DNA of 37,101 nt, from NCBI GenBank assembly GCA_016200345.1, contig JACQEX010000022.1, positions 1-37,101 of the forward strand, given 5' to 3'. The translations under genes and the position numbers were made by a program. Within the stretch, counting starts at the first letter, position 1; each line of letters opens with the position of its first letter. The notes below the pieces were generated by a model that was not told the DNA's origin, did no database searches, and saw only the letters and a program-made list of their open reading frames with translations. This DNA comes from Nitrospinota bacterium. GTDB taxonomy: Bacteria > Nitrospinota_A > UBA7883 > JACRGQ01. This document shows, in pieces, positions 17,500-27,151 of the stretch.

Positions 17500-19659
17500 T
17501 TAAAAAACGAGTTTCGAAAAATCCGCCATGTCCCCGAACAGCCCGGTAACCGTGCGCAAAAGCGCGATTCTGTTGTTCATAAGCTCCGGTTTGCCGGCGT
17601 CCATCACCATGACGGAGTCAAAAAACTTGTCAATATACGTCCGCATCTCAGCTATCTCTTTCAACGCGCCCCTGTAGTCCGCCTTGCGCTTCAACGGGGT
17701 CGCGACACGCTCCTTCTCCAAGTACGCATTATAGAGGTCTTTTTCGGCATTTTCCTGAAAGAATTTTTCGTTAAGGACGGCGTTGACGTCGGCCAATTTT
17801 TCCTTCCCCTTGGTTATGTTGGCGGCACGGCGGAAGGTAATGGCAAGGTCCTGCGCGTAGGGGAGTTTTTTGACCTCAGTAAGAGCTTCGCATATATTAA
17901 GTAGGTCGGTCAAATAATAATGGTCCGTATCAGCAAACAAAACTGCATCTATTACGTCATAATCGAGATTACGTCTAGTTTTAAACTCGTATTTTATTCG
18001 TTCAATAAAGAAATTAGGCATCCCTTTGCCCTTAATTGCTTTGAAATTTCCTTTAATTGCTTCTTTCGACCAAGTCTTATATCTTCCTTCAGGGCGTAAG
18101 TCGTCAGGCAAATTTATATTTCCGGTATCTGCTAATTCGGCGATAGTTATAGGCATGCCATTCTCAAGCAGTATCCTTATGATTCCAAGGGCATGTCGCC
18201 TAAGCGAGTACGGATCTTCGGAACCCGTTGGTATCAAGTCAATCGCCCAACAGGCGCAAATGGCGTCGATTTTATCCGCAAGCGCGACTATGGACGCGAC
18301 CGCCGAACCGGGCAGGGCGTCTCCTGCAAACCTAGGCCTATAGTGTTGGTCAATCGCCTCGGCCAGCCGTCCGTCCACCCCTTTGGCCTTGGCGTACTCC
18401 CGCCCCATGATTCCCTGTAGCTCCGGGAACTCGAAAACCATCTGTGTTGCGAGGTCGAATTTGCAGAGGTCGGCCGACGTCTCGACGTCGAGCACGGTCT
18501 GCGCGTCAATCGTATTTTCTTTTTTAAGTAATCTAGCCAAACCCTCTGATATTTTGCGTATTCTGGACACCTTGTCGGCGAGGGAGCCAAGCCCCTTCAT
18601 GTAGGTTACGCCGGCAAGTTTTTGTTGGAAATGTTCCAACGGGTGCTTCCTGTCTTCGTCGAAGAAAAACCGGGCGTCCGAAAGCCGCGCGGTCAGGACG
18701 CGCTCGTACCCTTTTCGGACGTTTGTCATGTCCGGGCAGGCGGTGTTGCTAAAGGCGACGAATTTGTTGGTAATCCGTCCGTCCGGGGACTCTGCCGGGA
18801 AGTACCGCTGGTGGTGTTTCATTACCGTGACCAACAGCTCGCGGGGGAGGTCCAGGTAGCTTTCCTTGAAGGAGCCGACGACGGCGACCGGGCTTTCCGT
18901 GAGGTTGCAGACCTCGTCAATAAGGCCGTCGTCCCGAACCGGCGCTATGCCGTCCCTGCCCATGTCGTCGAACTGCTTTTCGACGAGGGCTTTTCGTTTT
19001 TTGGGGTCCGCGGTAACATGCGCTTTTTCGAGGGACGATTCGTAGTCGTCCGGGGAGACGACGGTGATTACGCCTTCCGACATGAATCGGTGGCCCGCCG
19101 TGGTGTTGCCGGATTTTAGCCCCCCGGCGGTTACGTTTAGCGTTTCCGTCCCGAAGAGGGCGAGTATGGAGCGAAGCGGGCGGGCGTAGCGGAGGTCGCC
19201 GTTGCCCCACCGCATGGTTTTTTTGAAGGGGAGGGAGGTGATTGCCTCTTTCAGGATTTCTTCGGCGACGCGGGCGGTTTCTCGGCCCGGTTCCTCTATG
19301 TTTAGGAAGAGGTATTCGCCTTTTGGGGTGGTTTCGGACTGGAGGTCTTCGGCCTTTTTTCCGTGCTTGGCGGCAAACCCGACCGCGACCGGCGTGAAAG
19401 AGCCGTCCGGGGCCACGGCCGATTTTTTTGGGGGGCCGGAGACTTTTTTGGTTCTGGCCTCCTGCTTGTCCGGCAGGCCGGAGACGACGACGGCTATTCT
19501 GCGCGGGGTGGCGAAGGAGGCGGTGGCCGTTGGTTTAAGGCCGACGGCCTCGAATTTTTTTTGGACGAACTCCGCCAGCGCGTCTGCGGCCGGCTGGATG
19601 TAGCCTGCGGGGATCTCCTCGCTCAGTATTTCGAACAGCAATTTTTTGGCGGTGGTCAA
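17500..19659 (-). CDS. glyS: glycine--tRNA ligase beta subunit (no adjacent glyQ)
   Basis: 719 aa, TTG start preceded by GGAG. N-terminus MTTAKKLLFEILSEEIPAGYI matches the GlyS family. Contains an AT-rich patch (about 17885-18260) encoding roughly 30 extra residues. Confidence 0.9.
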   Translation of the reverse strand: MTTAKKLLFEILSEEIPAGYIQPAADALAEFVQKKFEAVGLKPTATASFATPRRIAVVVSGLPDKQEARTKKVSGPPKKSAVAPDGSFTPVAVGFAAKHGKKAEDLQSETTPKGEYLFLNIEEPGRETARVAEEILKEAITSLPFKKTMRWGNGDLRYARPLRSILALFGTETLNVTAGGLKSGNTTAGHRFMSEGVITVVSPDDYESSLEKAHVTADPKKRKALVEKQFDDMGRDGIAPVRDDGLIDEVCNLTESPVAVVGSFKESYLDLPRELLVTVMKHHQRYFPAESPDGRITNKFVAFSNTACPDMTNVRKGYERVLTARLSDARFFFDEDRKHPLEHFQQKLAGVTYMKGLGSLADKVSRIRKISEGLARLLKKENTIDAQTVLDVETSADLCKFDLATQMVFEFPELQGIMGREYAKAKGVDGRLAEAIDQHYRPRFAGDALPGSAVASIVALADKIDAICACWAIDLIPTGSEDPYSLRRHALGIIRILLENGMPITIAELADTGNINLPDDLRPEGRYKTWSKEAIKGNFKAIKGKGMPNFFIERIKYEFKTRRNLDYDVIDAVLFADTDHYYLTDLLNICEALTEVKKLPYAQDLAITFRRAANITKGKEKLADVNAVLNEKFFQENAEKDLYNAYLEKERVATPLKRKADYRGALKEIAEMRTYIDKFFDSVMVMDAGKPELMNNRIALLRTVTGLFGDMADFSKLVF

Positions 19660-19683
19660 GTTATCTCCAGTATTGGCAGTGCT

Positions 19684-19728
19684 TCATTTTGAATTGCGGA
19701 TAGCGTCAAACGGGCGGATTGCTTCGCT
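19684..19728 (+). repeat. copy A of an approx. 45-bp direct repeat (cattttgaattgcggata...gattgcttcgcta) in the glyS-marR intergenic region
   Basis: About 85% identical to copy B at 19887-19929. Confidence 0.7.
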
Positions 19729-19730
19729 AC

Positions 19731-19776
19731 GCTCGCAATGACAGTTACTTGTCATTGCGAGACCGCTTTCAGCGGT
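19731..19776. repeat. perfect 12-bp-arm palindrome CTCGCAATGACA-gttact-TGTCATTGCGAG, immediately followed by a second hairpin GACCGC-tttca-GCGGTC
   Basis: Read directly from the sequence. No adjacent T-run, so not a typical intrinsic terminator. Confidence 0.7.
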
Positions 19777-19886
19777 CGCGGCAATCTGCTCTAGATCCAA
19801 ACTGAAGCACTACCCCAGTTTTTCACCCTTGCAAGTTTAACCATCTGCCGCCCCATAGGCAAGCCAAATGAAAGGGGGGTTGTGGG

Positions 19887-19929
19887 TCATTTTGAATTGT
19901 GGATAACCTGAAACGCAGATTGCTTCGCT
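19887..19929 (+). repeat. copy B of the approx. 45-bp direct repeat
   Basis: Matches 19684-19728 with substitutions clustered in the centre of the unit. Confidence 0.7.
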
Positions 19930-19971
19930 ATTTCGGCAACCGATATCAAGTTGCAAGAAAACTCTCTCTGA

Positions 19972-20001
19972 CTTGAAATGGGCGAACAACCAAACGTATA
20001 C
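19972..20001 (+). promoter_or_regulatory. putative sigma70 promoter: TTGAAA, 18-bp spacer, TATACT, reading toward the marR-like gene and RND operon
   Basis: Good -35/-10 hexamers with an acceptable spacer. An 18-codon ORF with an AGGAA Shine-Dalgarno follows at 20019-20075. Confidence 0.35.
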
Positions 20002-20213
20002 TGCAAAAGGTAGGAAATAATGACAAGCATTATATTTTTGCATTCTCGGAGAAACGTTCCCTTGGGCTGGAAATAACGAGGGGCAATTTTGGCGTTGCTT
20101 CCCCCAATAAATCGGCGGTTGAAAAACAGGCTAATTATTAGTATCTGCGCCCGCTGGGGCTTTCGCAGGCCAAATGGCGCGTCCTTCTGAACATATCCAA
20201 ACACAAGGGGGCG

Positions 20214-20507
20214 TTGAACCAGACGCACCTCGCGGAGTGCATCGGCGTGGAGACCCCGACGCTCGTCCGCCTTTTGGACAGGCTGGAGAAGGACGGCTGG
20301 GTAAAACGGCTCGACTCGCCCGCCGACAGAAGGGTAAAGATAGTGAAGCTCGGCCCCAAGGCCGGGACGGTTATGAAGGTTATAAACAAGACGTCGCTTG
20401 ACACGCGAAAGGAGATTACCTCCTCCGTTTCCGCCGCCGAGATGAAAAAACTCGTCTCCATTTTGGCGAAGATATCCCATAAGTTGGAAAAAATGAGAAA
20501 TGGCTGA
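20214..20507 (+). CDS. MarR-family transcriptional regulator, apparently 5'-truncated. The winged-HTH and C-terminal helix are intact; the N-terminal dimerisation helix is absent.
   Basis: LNQTHLAECIGVETPTLVRLLDRLEKDGWVKRLDSPADRRVKIVKLGPKAG aligns with the MarR wHTH. The in-frame extension stops at a TAG at 20139-20141 with no ATG or GTG before the TTG at 20214. Confidence 0.6.
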   Translation: MNQTHLAECIGVETPTLVRLLDRLEKDGWVKRLDSPADRRVKIVKLGPKAGTVMKVINKTSLDTRKEITSSVSAAEMKKLVSILAKISHKLEKMRNG

Positions 20508-21768
20508 CCGTTATTTTTCGCCCGGCCTTATTTTTCTTCTGGCGCTCGTTGTCGCCGCCTCGGCGGGCGCGGAGACCGGCGAGATTAAAAAAGGCTCCGT
20601 GCTGACGCTTGGGCAGTGCGTGGACGTCGCGCTGGAGCACCAGCCGGCGATAATATCGGCGGCGCAGGCGAAGGTCGCGGCGGAGAGCAGGGTGGGGGAG
20701 GCGAAGTCCGCATACTATCCCCAGCTTAACGCGACGGCGGGATATCTCCAGACGCGGCCCGTGCCTTCCGCCACGCAGAACTTTCAGGAGTCCTCTATCG
20801 GCGCGTCCCTCACGCAGACGATTTACGATTTTGGAAGAACGTCCTCGCTGGTGAACGCCCAAAAATATTCCGCCGAGGCGGCCGGCTCCGACGTGGAGAG
20901 CGCCAAAAACGCCGTCATCCTTGGCGTGAAGGCGGCGTACTACGCGCTTGTGCAGTCCAAGCGCAACGCGGCCGTCGGCAAGGAGACGGTGGCGCAACTT
21001 GGCGAGCATTTGGAGCTGGCGCGCGGTCTTTTTACGGCGGGGGAGAAGCCGAGGTACGACGTGATAAAGGCGGAGGTGGATTTGAGCAACGCCAAAATCG
21101 CGCTTATCCACGCCTTGAACAACGAGCGTCTGGCCAAGGCTGGGCTGGACAACGCGATGGGCGTGACAGCCGATTACGACGTCGCGGACGATTTGGAATA
21201 CAAAAATTACTCCGTCTCGCTGGAGGAGGCGCTGAAAAAGGCTTATGAAAACAGGCCGGACTACCGCGCGGCCACCCAAAGGGCGATGATGGCCCGTGAG
21301 ACGGTGGAGGGTTCCCGAAGCGGGTATTACCCCACGCTTTCCGGCAACGCGCAATATTCAACGGAGCAGTCGCTTCCAGATTTTTGGTTTTTCGGGGTGA
21401 CGCTTACGGTTCCTATTTTCACGGGGAATTCCACGACGTATCTTGTCCGTGAATCGCGGGCCAACTACAACGCCGCGGTTTCGGCGCAGGAGCAAACGCG
21501 GCTGAACGTGTACACGGAGGTGAGCCAGGCGTACCTTAATCTTGCGGAGGCGCAGGAGAAAATCCCCGCAAACGAGCTTTCGGTGAAACTTTCGCAGGAA
21601 AGTCTGGACATATCCAAAGGAAGGTACAAGGAGGGAGTCGGAACCGCGATCGAGGTTTCGGACGCGCAGATAACCTTCAGCAACGCCCGCGTCGCATACA
21701 TCCAGTCCCTGATGGATTATAAACTCGCCCAGGCGACCCTGGAAAAAGCCATAGGAGGAACCAAGTGA
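20500..21768 (+). CDS. outer-membrane efflux protein (TolC/OprM family) of the RND operon
   Basis: Signal peptide. Two OEP repeats. ATG overlaps the end of the marR-like gene. Confidence 0.85.
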   Translation: MADRYFSPGLIFLLALVVAASAGAETGEIKKGSVLTLGQCVDVALEHQPAIISAAQAKVAAESRVGEAKSAYYPQLNATAGYLQTRPVPSATQNFQESSIGASLTQTIYDFGRTSSLVNAQKYSAEAAGSDVESAKNAVILGVKAAYYALVQSKRNAAVGKETVAQLGEHLELARGLFTAGEKPRYDVIKAEVDLSNAKIALIHALNNERLAKAGLDNAMGVTADYDVADDLEYKNYSVSLEEALKKAYENRPDYRAATQRAMMARETVEGSRSGYYPTLSGNAQYSTEQSLPDFWFFGVTLTVPIFTGNSTTYLVRESRANYNAAVSAQEQTRLNVYTEVSQAYLNLAEAQEKIPANELSVKLSQESLDISKGRYKEGVGTAIEVSDAQITFSNARVAYIQSLMDYKLAQATLEKAIGGTK

Positions 21769-22886
21769 AAAATATCCGCGCCCTTTTTTGCCTCGCCCTT
21801 TCGGCGGTTTTTTTAACCGGCTCCTGCTCGGGTGGCGGCAAGGCCGGGGGGCCCAGGAAATTTCCGCCGGCCCCCGTGCGCGTGGTGAAGGCGGAGAAAA
21901 AGGACGTCCCCTACGACATCGAGGGAATCGGCGTCGCGGAGTCCATCGCCCCCGTCGCCGTCGTCGCGCAAGTCAACGGGCAGATAGAAAAAATCCATTT
22001 TATGGAGGGGGCGTTCGTACACAAGGGGGATTTGATTGTAACGATTGACCCGCGCCCTTTTAAGGCGGCGCTTTCGCTTGCGTCGGCGAACCTAAGCAGG
22101 GACGAGGCGCAGTTGAAAAACGCCAAAAAAGAGGAGGCGCGAAACCGCGAGCTGATTAAAAAAGGTTTTGTTTCCCAGTCGCAGTACGACCAAATAGCCG
22201 CCACCGCCGACGCGTTGACCGGTACGGTCTCGGCCGACAAGGCCGGGGTTGACGTGGCAAAGTTAAATTTGGAGTACTGCTTTATCCGCTCCCCCATCAC
22301 CGGAAAGGCCGGCGAGGTGACGGTGAAGGAGGGGAACCAGATAAAGGCCAACGACAAGACGATAGTGACCATTCTTCAGATAAGGCCGATATACGCGACG
22401 TTTTCCGTACCGCAGACACATCTTCCATTGATAAGGAAATATCAGGAGAAGGGCGCGCTGTCGTCCACGGCGATTCCGACCTCCGGCAAGCCCGAGACCG
22501 GCGGAAAAATTGTGTTTACCGACAACGCGGTTGACCAGGCCACGGGGACGATAAAGCTAAAGGCGGTTTTCGAGAACGCCGACCACGCTCTTTGGCCCGG
22601 CCAGTTCCTGCGCGTTTCGCTTTTCCTGACGGTGGAAAAAGGCGTCGTCGTTGTTCCGTCACAGGCGCTAATGGCGACGCAGAAGGGGCAGACGGTTTAC
22701 GTGGTGAAGGGGGACGGCACCGCCGAGCTAAGGCCGGTGAAGGTCGAGAGGGAGCACGGAATGGAATCGGTAATCGAGGGCGGTTTGCAGGCCGGGGAGA
22801 CGGTTGTTTTGGACGGGCAGTTGCAGACTATGCCGGGCGGAATGGTTAAGGTAATCGAGAACAATCCGCCAGCCGAGAAAAAGTGA
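21765..22886 (+). CDS. efflux RND transporter periplasmic adaptor subunit (AcrA/MexA-like lipoprotein)
   Basis: Lipobox LTGSCSGG. Biotinyl-lipoyl-like and beta-barrel regions of the HlyD_D23 family. 4-nt overlap with the RND gene. Confidence 0.9.
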   Translation: MKNIRALFCLALSAVFLTGSCSGGGKAGGPRKFPPAPVRVVKAEKKDVPYDIEGIGVAESIAPVAVVAQVNGQIEKIHFMEGAFVHKGDLIVTIDPRPFKAALSLASANLSRDEAQLKNAKKEEARNRELIKKGFVSQSQYDQIAATADALTGTVSADKAGVDVAKLNLEYCFIRSPITGKAGEVTVKEGNQIKANDKTIVTILQIRPIYATFSVPQTHLPLIRKYQEKGALSSTAIPTSGKPETGGKIVFTDNAVDQATGTIKLKAVFENADHALWPGQFLRVSLFLTVEKGVVVVPSQALMATQKGQTVYVVKGDGTAELRPVKVEREHGMESVIEGGLQAGETVVLDGQLQTMPGGMVKVIENNPPAEKK

Positions 22887-25800
22887 ACATCCCACAGCTG
22901 TTTATAAAACGCCCGGTTATGACGACCCTCGTCATGGTCGCCATAACCATGTTCGGGCTTGTCGCGAGTAATTTTCTTCCCGTCAGCGATTTGCCGAACG
23001 TGGATTTTCCGACCATCCAAGTTAGCGCGGTGCTCCCCGGCGCAAGCCCGGACACGATGGCCGCCGCCGTGGCCACGCCTTTGGAGCGGCAGTTCTCGAC
23101 CATCGCGGGGCTGGACTCCATGACGTCCGTCAACACGCTCGGTCAGACAATGATTACGCTCCAGTTCGCGCTTTCGAGAAACATAGACCTCGCCGGACAG
23201 GACGTGCAGGCGATGATTACGAAGGCCGCTAGGCTTCTGCCGGTGCAGATGCAGGTTCCGCCCACGTACCAAAAGGTGAACCCCGCCGACCAGCCGATTT
23301 TATACGTCGCGCTAAGCTCGCCCGTTCTGCCGCTGTCCAAGGTGAACGACTACGCGGACACGATGATTTCGCAGAGGGTCTCGATGGTGAACGGTGTGGC
23401 GCAGGTGATGATTTTCGGCTCGCAGAAGTTCGCCGTTCGCGTTCAGATAGACCCCAACAAGCTAGCCAGCATGGGGGTAGGGATGGACGAGGTGAACTCA
23501 GCACTTGCGAAGGGGAACGTAAACATCCCGACGGGCGTGATATACGGGTCAAAAATTCAATACACCATACAGGCGCAGGGGCAGATGTTCCACGCCGAGG
23601 AGTACAAGAACCTCATTATCGCGTATCGCAACGGGCGGCCCGTGAGGGTGCGCGACGTCGGCACGGCGATAGAAAGCGTGGAGAACGACAAGATAGCCAG
23701 CTGGTATAAGTCCGACCGCGCGATGGTGCTGGCGATTCTCCGCCAGCCCGGCACAAACACCATAGAGGTGGTGGACAACATCAAAAAACTCATGCCCGGC
23801 TTTAGGGCGCAGTTGCCGCCGACGGTTAGCATGGACATCCTTTACGACCGCTCGGCCTCGATACGCGACTCGGTGAACGACGTAAAATTCACGCTTCTTC
23901 TGACGATGGGGCTGGTGGTGCTGGTCATCTTCCTTTTCCTAAAGAACATTTCGTCCACGATTATCCCGAGCCTTGCGCTCCCTTTGTCCGTAATAGGCAC
24001 GTTCTCTGTTTTGTATCCGCTTGGGTACAGCATAGACAACCTCTCGCTGATGGCGCTGACCCTCTCGGTGGGGTTCGTGGTGGACGACGCCATAGTCGTG
24101 TTGGAAAACATCGTCCGCCACATGGAGATGGGGAAGACGCCGATGCAGGCCTCGCTGGACGGCTCGCGGGAGATAGGCTTCACGGTTCTTTCCATGACCG
24201 TCTCGCTTGTCGCGGTGTTCATACCGATATTCATGATGGGCGGAATTTTGGGGAGGTTGTTGCACGAGTTCTCGGTCGCCATCTGCGCCGCCATCATCAC
24301 GTCGGGCGTCGTGTCGCTTACGCTCACGCCGATGGTTTGTAGCCGGTTTTTGCGCGACCAGAAGAAGGAAAAACACGGTCGCGCCTACTGGGCGCTGGAG
24401 AACGGCTTCAATAAAATCAAATCCATGTACTCCTCCAGCCTTCGCAGGGTTCTCGGGCACAAGAGCGCGGTAATTATGCTCTTTGTGGTGATTTTGATTG
24501 CGACCGTTGTTTTGTTCGCCAAGATGCCGTCCGGCTTTTTGCCGACGGAGGACACGGGATTGATTTTCGCGTTCACCGAGGCGAGGCAGGGAATAGGGTT
24601 CGAGGACATGATGGAGCACCAGAAAAAACTCGCGCAGATTGTTCAAGAGGACCCGAACGTGAAGTCGTATATGTCCGCGGTCGGCGCGGGCGGAATATCC
24701 TCGGCCAACCAGGGGAGGATGTTCATGATTCTAAAGCCGCTCGGCGAGCGCAAACTTTCCGCCGACGAGGTGATAAACGAGCTGAGGCCCAAGATGGCGA
24801 AAATCCCCGGCATCCGGGCGTTCATGCAGATTCCGCCGCCGATAAGAATTGGCGGCAACTTGACCAAGGCGCAATACCAATACACCCTGCAGGCGCCGAC
24901 CACCGAGGAGCTTTACAAGTACTCCGCCGTGATGGAGGAAAAGCTCAGGACGGCTCCTGCGCTTATGGACGTGAACAGCGACATGCAGTTGACGAATCCG
25001 CTCATAAACCTGGACGTCAAAAGGGACGTCGCGTCGAGCTACGGCATAACCGCCGGGCAGATTGAGAGTTCGCTTTATTACGCATACGGCACGTTTCAGG
25101 CCTCCACCATTTACACCTCCGACAACCAGTACCAGGTCATAGTGGAGGTAAGCCCGGAGTTCCAGAGGGACGCCAAGGCGCTGGGTCTGCTCTACGTTCG
25201 TTCGCCGTCCGGAACGCTTGTGCCGTTGAACGAGTTGGCAAAGGTCAACGTCGGGGTGGGGCCGCTTGCGGTGAACCATCTGGGGCAGTTGCCGGCCGTG
25301 ACCATTTCGTTCAACATCAAGCCGGAGGTCTCGCTTAGCGACGCGATGGACTCCATAAACAACGTGGCGACGCAGGTTCTGCCGAGCGATTTCACCACGG
25401 GGTTCCAGGGGGCGGCGCAGGCGTTTCAATCGTCGTTCAGGGGGATGTGGCTCATCATCCTTCTCGCCATCGTGATAATTTACATCGTGCTCGGAATCCT
25501 TTACGAAAGTTTTATTCATCCGCTGACGATTTTGTCCGGCCTTCCGTCTGCGGGATTTGGCGCGGTGCTTTCGCTGATGCTGTTTCACAAGGAGCTAAAC
25601 GTTTATTCCCTTGTCGGCATAATAATGCTGGTCGGAATCGTGAAGAAGAACGCCATCATGATGATAGATTTCGCGCTCGAGGCGGAAAGGCAGGGGGCGC
25701 ACAATCCGGAGGAGGCGATTTTCCAGGGGGCCGTGACGAGGTTCCGGCCGATTATGATCACCACAGCGTGCGCGTTGATGGGCACGCTCCCCATCGCGCT

Positions 25801-25969
25801 TGGCGCCGGGGCCGGGGCGGAGTCGCGGAGGCCGCTCGGCCTCGCCGTGGTTGGCGGGCTTCTATTTTCTCAGTTGCTGACCTTGTACCTAACGCCCGTG
25901 GTTTACGTCTACATGGACAAAATCCAGCGTCGCTTCTCAAAAAAAGCCGCGCCAGAGCCGGCGAAATAA
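22883..25969 (+). CDS. RND multidrug efflux permease (AcrB/HAE1 family)
   Basis: 1028 aa, 12 TM helices plus two large periplasmic loops. Conserved TM4 motif VGFVVDDAIVVLENI. Confidence 0.95.
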   Translation: MNIPQLFIKRPVMTTLVMVAITMFGLVASNFLPVSDLPNVDFPTIQVSAVLPGASPDTMAAAVATPLERQFSTIAGLDSMTSVNTLGQTMITLQFALSRNIDLAGQDVQAMITKAARLLPVQMQVPPTYQKVNPADQPILYVALSSPVLPLSKVNDYADTMISQRVSMVNGVAQVMIFGSQKFAVRVQIDPNKLASMGVGMDEVNSALAKGNVNIPTGVIYGSKIQYTIQAQGQMFHAEEYKNLIIAYRNGRPVRVRDVGTAIESVENDKIASWYKSDRAMVLAILRQPGTNTIEVVDNIKKLMPGFRAQLPPTVSMDILYDRSASIRDSVNDVKFTLLLTMGLVVLVIFLFLKNISSTIIPSLALPLSVIGTFSVLYPLGYSIDNLSLMALTLSVGFVVDDAIVVLENIVRHMEMGKTPMQASLDGSREIGFTVLSMTVSLVAVFIPIFMMGGILGRLLHEFSVAICAAIITSGVVSLTLTPMVCSRFLRDQKKEKHGRAYWALENGFNKIKSMYSSSLRRVLGHKSAVIMLFVVILIATVVLFAKMPSGFLPTEDTGLIFAFTEARQGIGFEDMMEHQKKLAQIVQEDPNVKSYMSAVGAGGISSANQGRMFMILKPLGERKLSADEVINELRPKMAKIPGIRAFMQIPPPIRIGGNLTKAQYQYTLQAPTTEELYKYSAVMEEKLRTAPALMDVNSDMQLTNPLINLDVKRDVASSYGITAGQIESSLYYAYGTFQASTIYTSDNQYQVIVEVSPEFQRDAKALGLLYVRSPSGTLVPLNELAKVNVGVGPLAVNHLGQLPAVTISFNIKPEVSLSDAMDSINNVATQVLPSDFTTGFQGAAQAFQSSFRGMWLIILLAIVIIYIVLGILYESFIHPLTILSGLPSAGFGAVLSLMLFHKELNVYSLVGIIMLVGIVKKNAIMMIDFALEAERQGAHNPEEAIFQGAVTRFRPIMITTACALMGTLPIALGAGAGAESRRPLGLAVVGGLLFSQLLTLYLTPVVYVYMDKIQRRFSKKAAPEPAK

Positions 25970-26048
25970 TTTTCGCAACTTGGCGGCGCATTATTGCCCG
26001 TTTCTTTAATCCTTTGGGGCGGGGCGTATATTTGGTAGAATCCAACGG

Positions 26049-27020
26049 ATGAGCGTAGCGTTTTTAGATTTTGAAAAACGAATCCTCGAGCTTGAGGGAA
26101 AACTGGAGGAGTTGCGCTCGCTCAGCAAACTCCAGAACACCGATTTTTCCTCCGAGATTAGGAAAATGAACAAAAAGCTCAAGCAACTAAAAAAAATCAC
26201 CTTCTCCAAGCTCAGCAGATGGCAGAAAACCCAGCTGGCCCGCCATCCGGCCCGCCCGTACGCGCTGGACTACATCAAGGAGCTTGCGCCGGACTGGGTG
26301 GAGTTGCAGGGAGACAGGCTTTTCGGAATAGGGCCGTCAATCGTCGCCGGATTCGGCACAATGGAGGGACGATCCGTATTGTTCATCGGAATCCAAAAAG
26401 GGCGCGAGACAAAGGAAAAAATGTTCCGCAATTTCGGAATGCCGCATCCCGAGGGATATCGAAAGGCGCTAAGGCTTATGAAGCTGGCGGAGAAATTTTC
26501 CAGGCCCGTCGTCACGCTTTTGGACACCCCCGGCGCCTTCCCCGGCATAGGGGCGGAGGAGCGCGGACAGGCGGAGGCGGTGGCGCGAAACCTCATGAAG
26601 ATGGCGTCCCTCACCGTGCCGGTTGTCTGCGTGGTCACGGGCGAGGGGGGAAGCGGCGGCGCGCTTGCGCTTGGCGTGGGCAACAAAGTGCTGATGCTGG
26701 AGCATTCGGTCTATTCCGTCATCTCCCCGGAGGGATGCGCCGCGATTTTGTGGAAGGACCAGGCGAAGGTGGAGGACGCCGCGGAGGCTCTGGCCCTCAC
26801 GGCGCAGGATCTTTTGGGCAACAAGATGATTGACGAGATTGTCCGCGAACCGGCCGGCGGCGCGCACAGGGACCCGGTCCTTGCCGCGCACGTTTTGAAG
26901 AGGGTTTTGCGAAGGCACATTGACCAGCTCTCCCAGCTTTCACCGCAGGAATTGGTGAAACAAAGACGCGACAGGTTTAGGAACATCGGCCTTTACTTCG
27001 AGCAATACCCCGGCAAATAG
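26049..27020 (+). CDS. accA: acetyl-CoA carboxylase carboxyltransferase alpha subunit
   Basis: MSVAFLDFEKRILELEGKLEEL start. PGAFPGIGAEERGQAEAVARNL motif. Confidence 0.95.
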   Translation: MSVAFLDFEKRILELEGKLEELRSLSKLQNTDFSSEIRKMNKKLKQLKKITFSKLSRWQKTQLARHPARPYALDYIKELAPDWVELQGDRLFGIGPSIVAGFGTMEGRSVLFIGIQKGRETKEKMFRNFGMPHPEGYRKALRLMKLAEKFSRPVVTLLDTPGAFPGIGAEERGQAEAVARNLMKMASLTVPVVCVVTGEGGSGGALALGVGNKVLMLEHSVYSVISPEGCAAILWKDQAKVEDAAEALALTAQDLLGNKMIDEIVREPAGGAHRDPVLAAHVLKRVLRRHIDQLSQLSPQELVKQRRDRFRNIGLYFEQYPGK

Positions 27021-27055
27021 CCCGTCCCGCCCGGCCTCGAACAACGGGGATTCAA

Positions 27056-27147
27056 CCACGAAAAGCGCGAAATTCACGAAAGGTTTGGTTTAACGTTTTT
27101 CCAGAACCCAATCTTTTTCTTTTCGTGCCCTTTCGTGTTTTTCGTGG
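27056..27147. repeat. left MTase-flanking element: approx. 91-bp imperfect palindrome with three (A/G)CGAAA heptads on the 5' arm and three TTTCGTG on the 3' arm at 9-10 bp spacing
   Basis: CCACGAAAAGCGCGAAATTCACGAAAGG ... CTTTTCGTGCCCTTTCGTGTTTTTCGTGG. Direct-repeat partner at 28070-28160. Confidence 0.75.
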
Positions 27148-27151
27148 TTAG

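Noticed and set aside
19660-19900. T-box leader upstream of glyS
   Set aside because: The minus-strand leader has hairpins but no T-box consensus (AGGGUGGNACCGCG) or specifier/antiterminator arrangement. The structures look like repeat elements instead.
19887-20480. 197-aa minus-strand ORF spanning the glyS-marR intergenic region and the marR wHTH
   Set aside because: Antisense to the MarR coding frame and crossing repeat elements. No start context and no recognisable domain.
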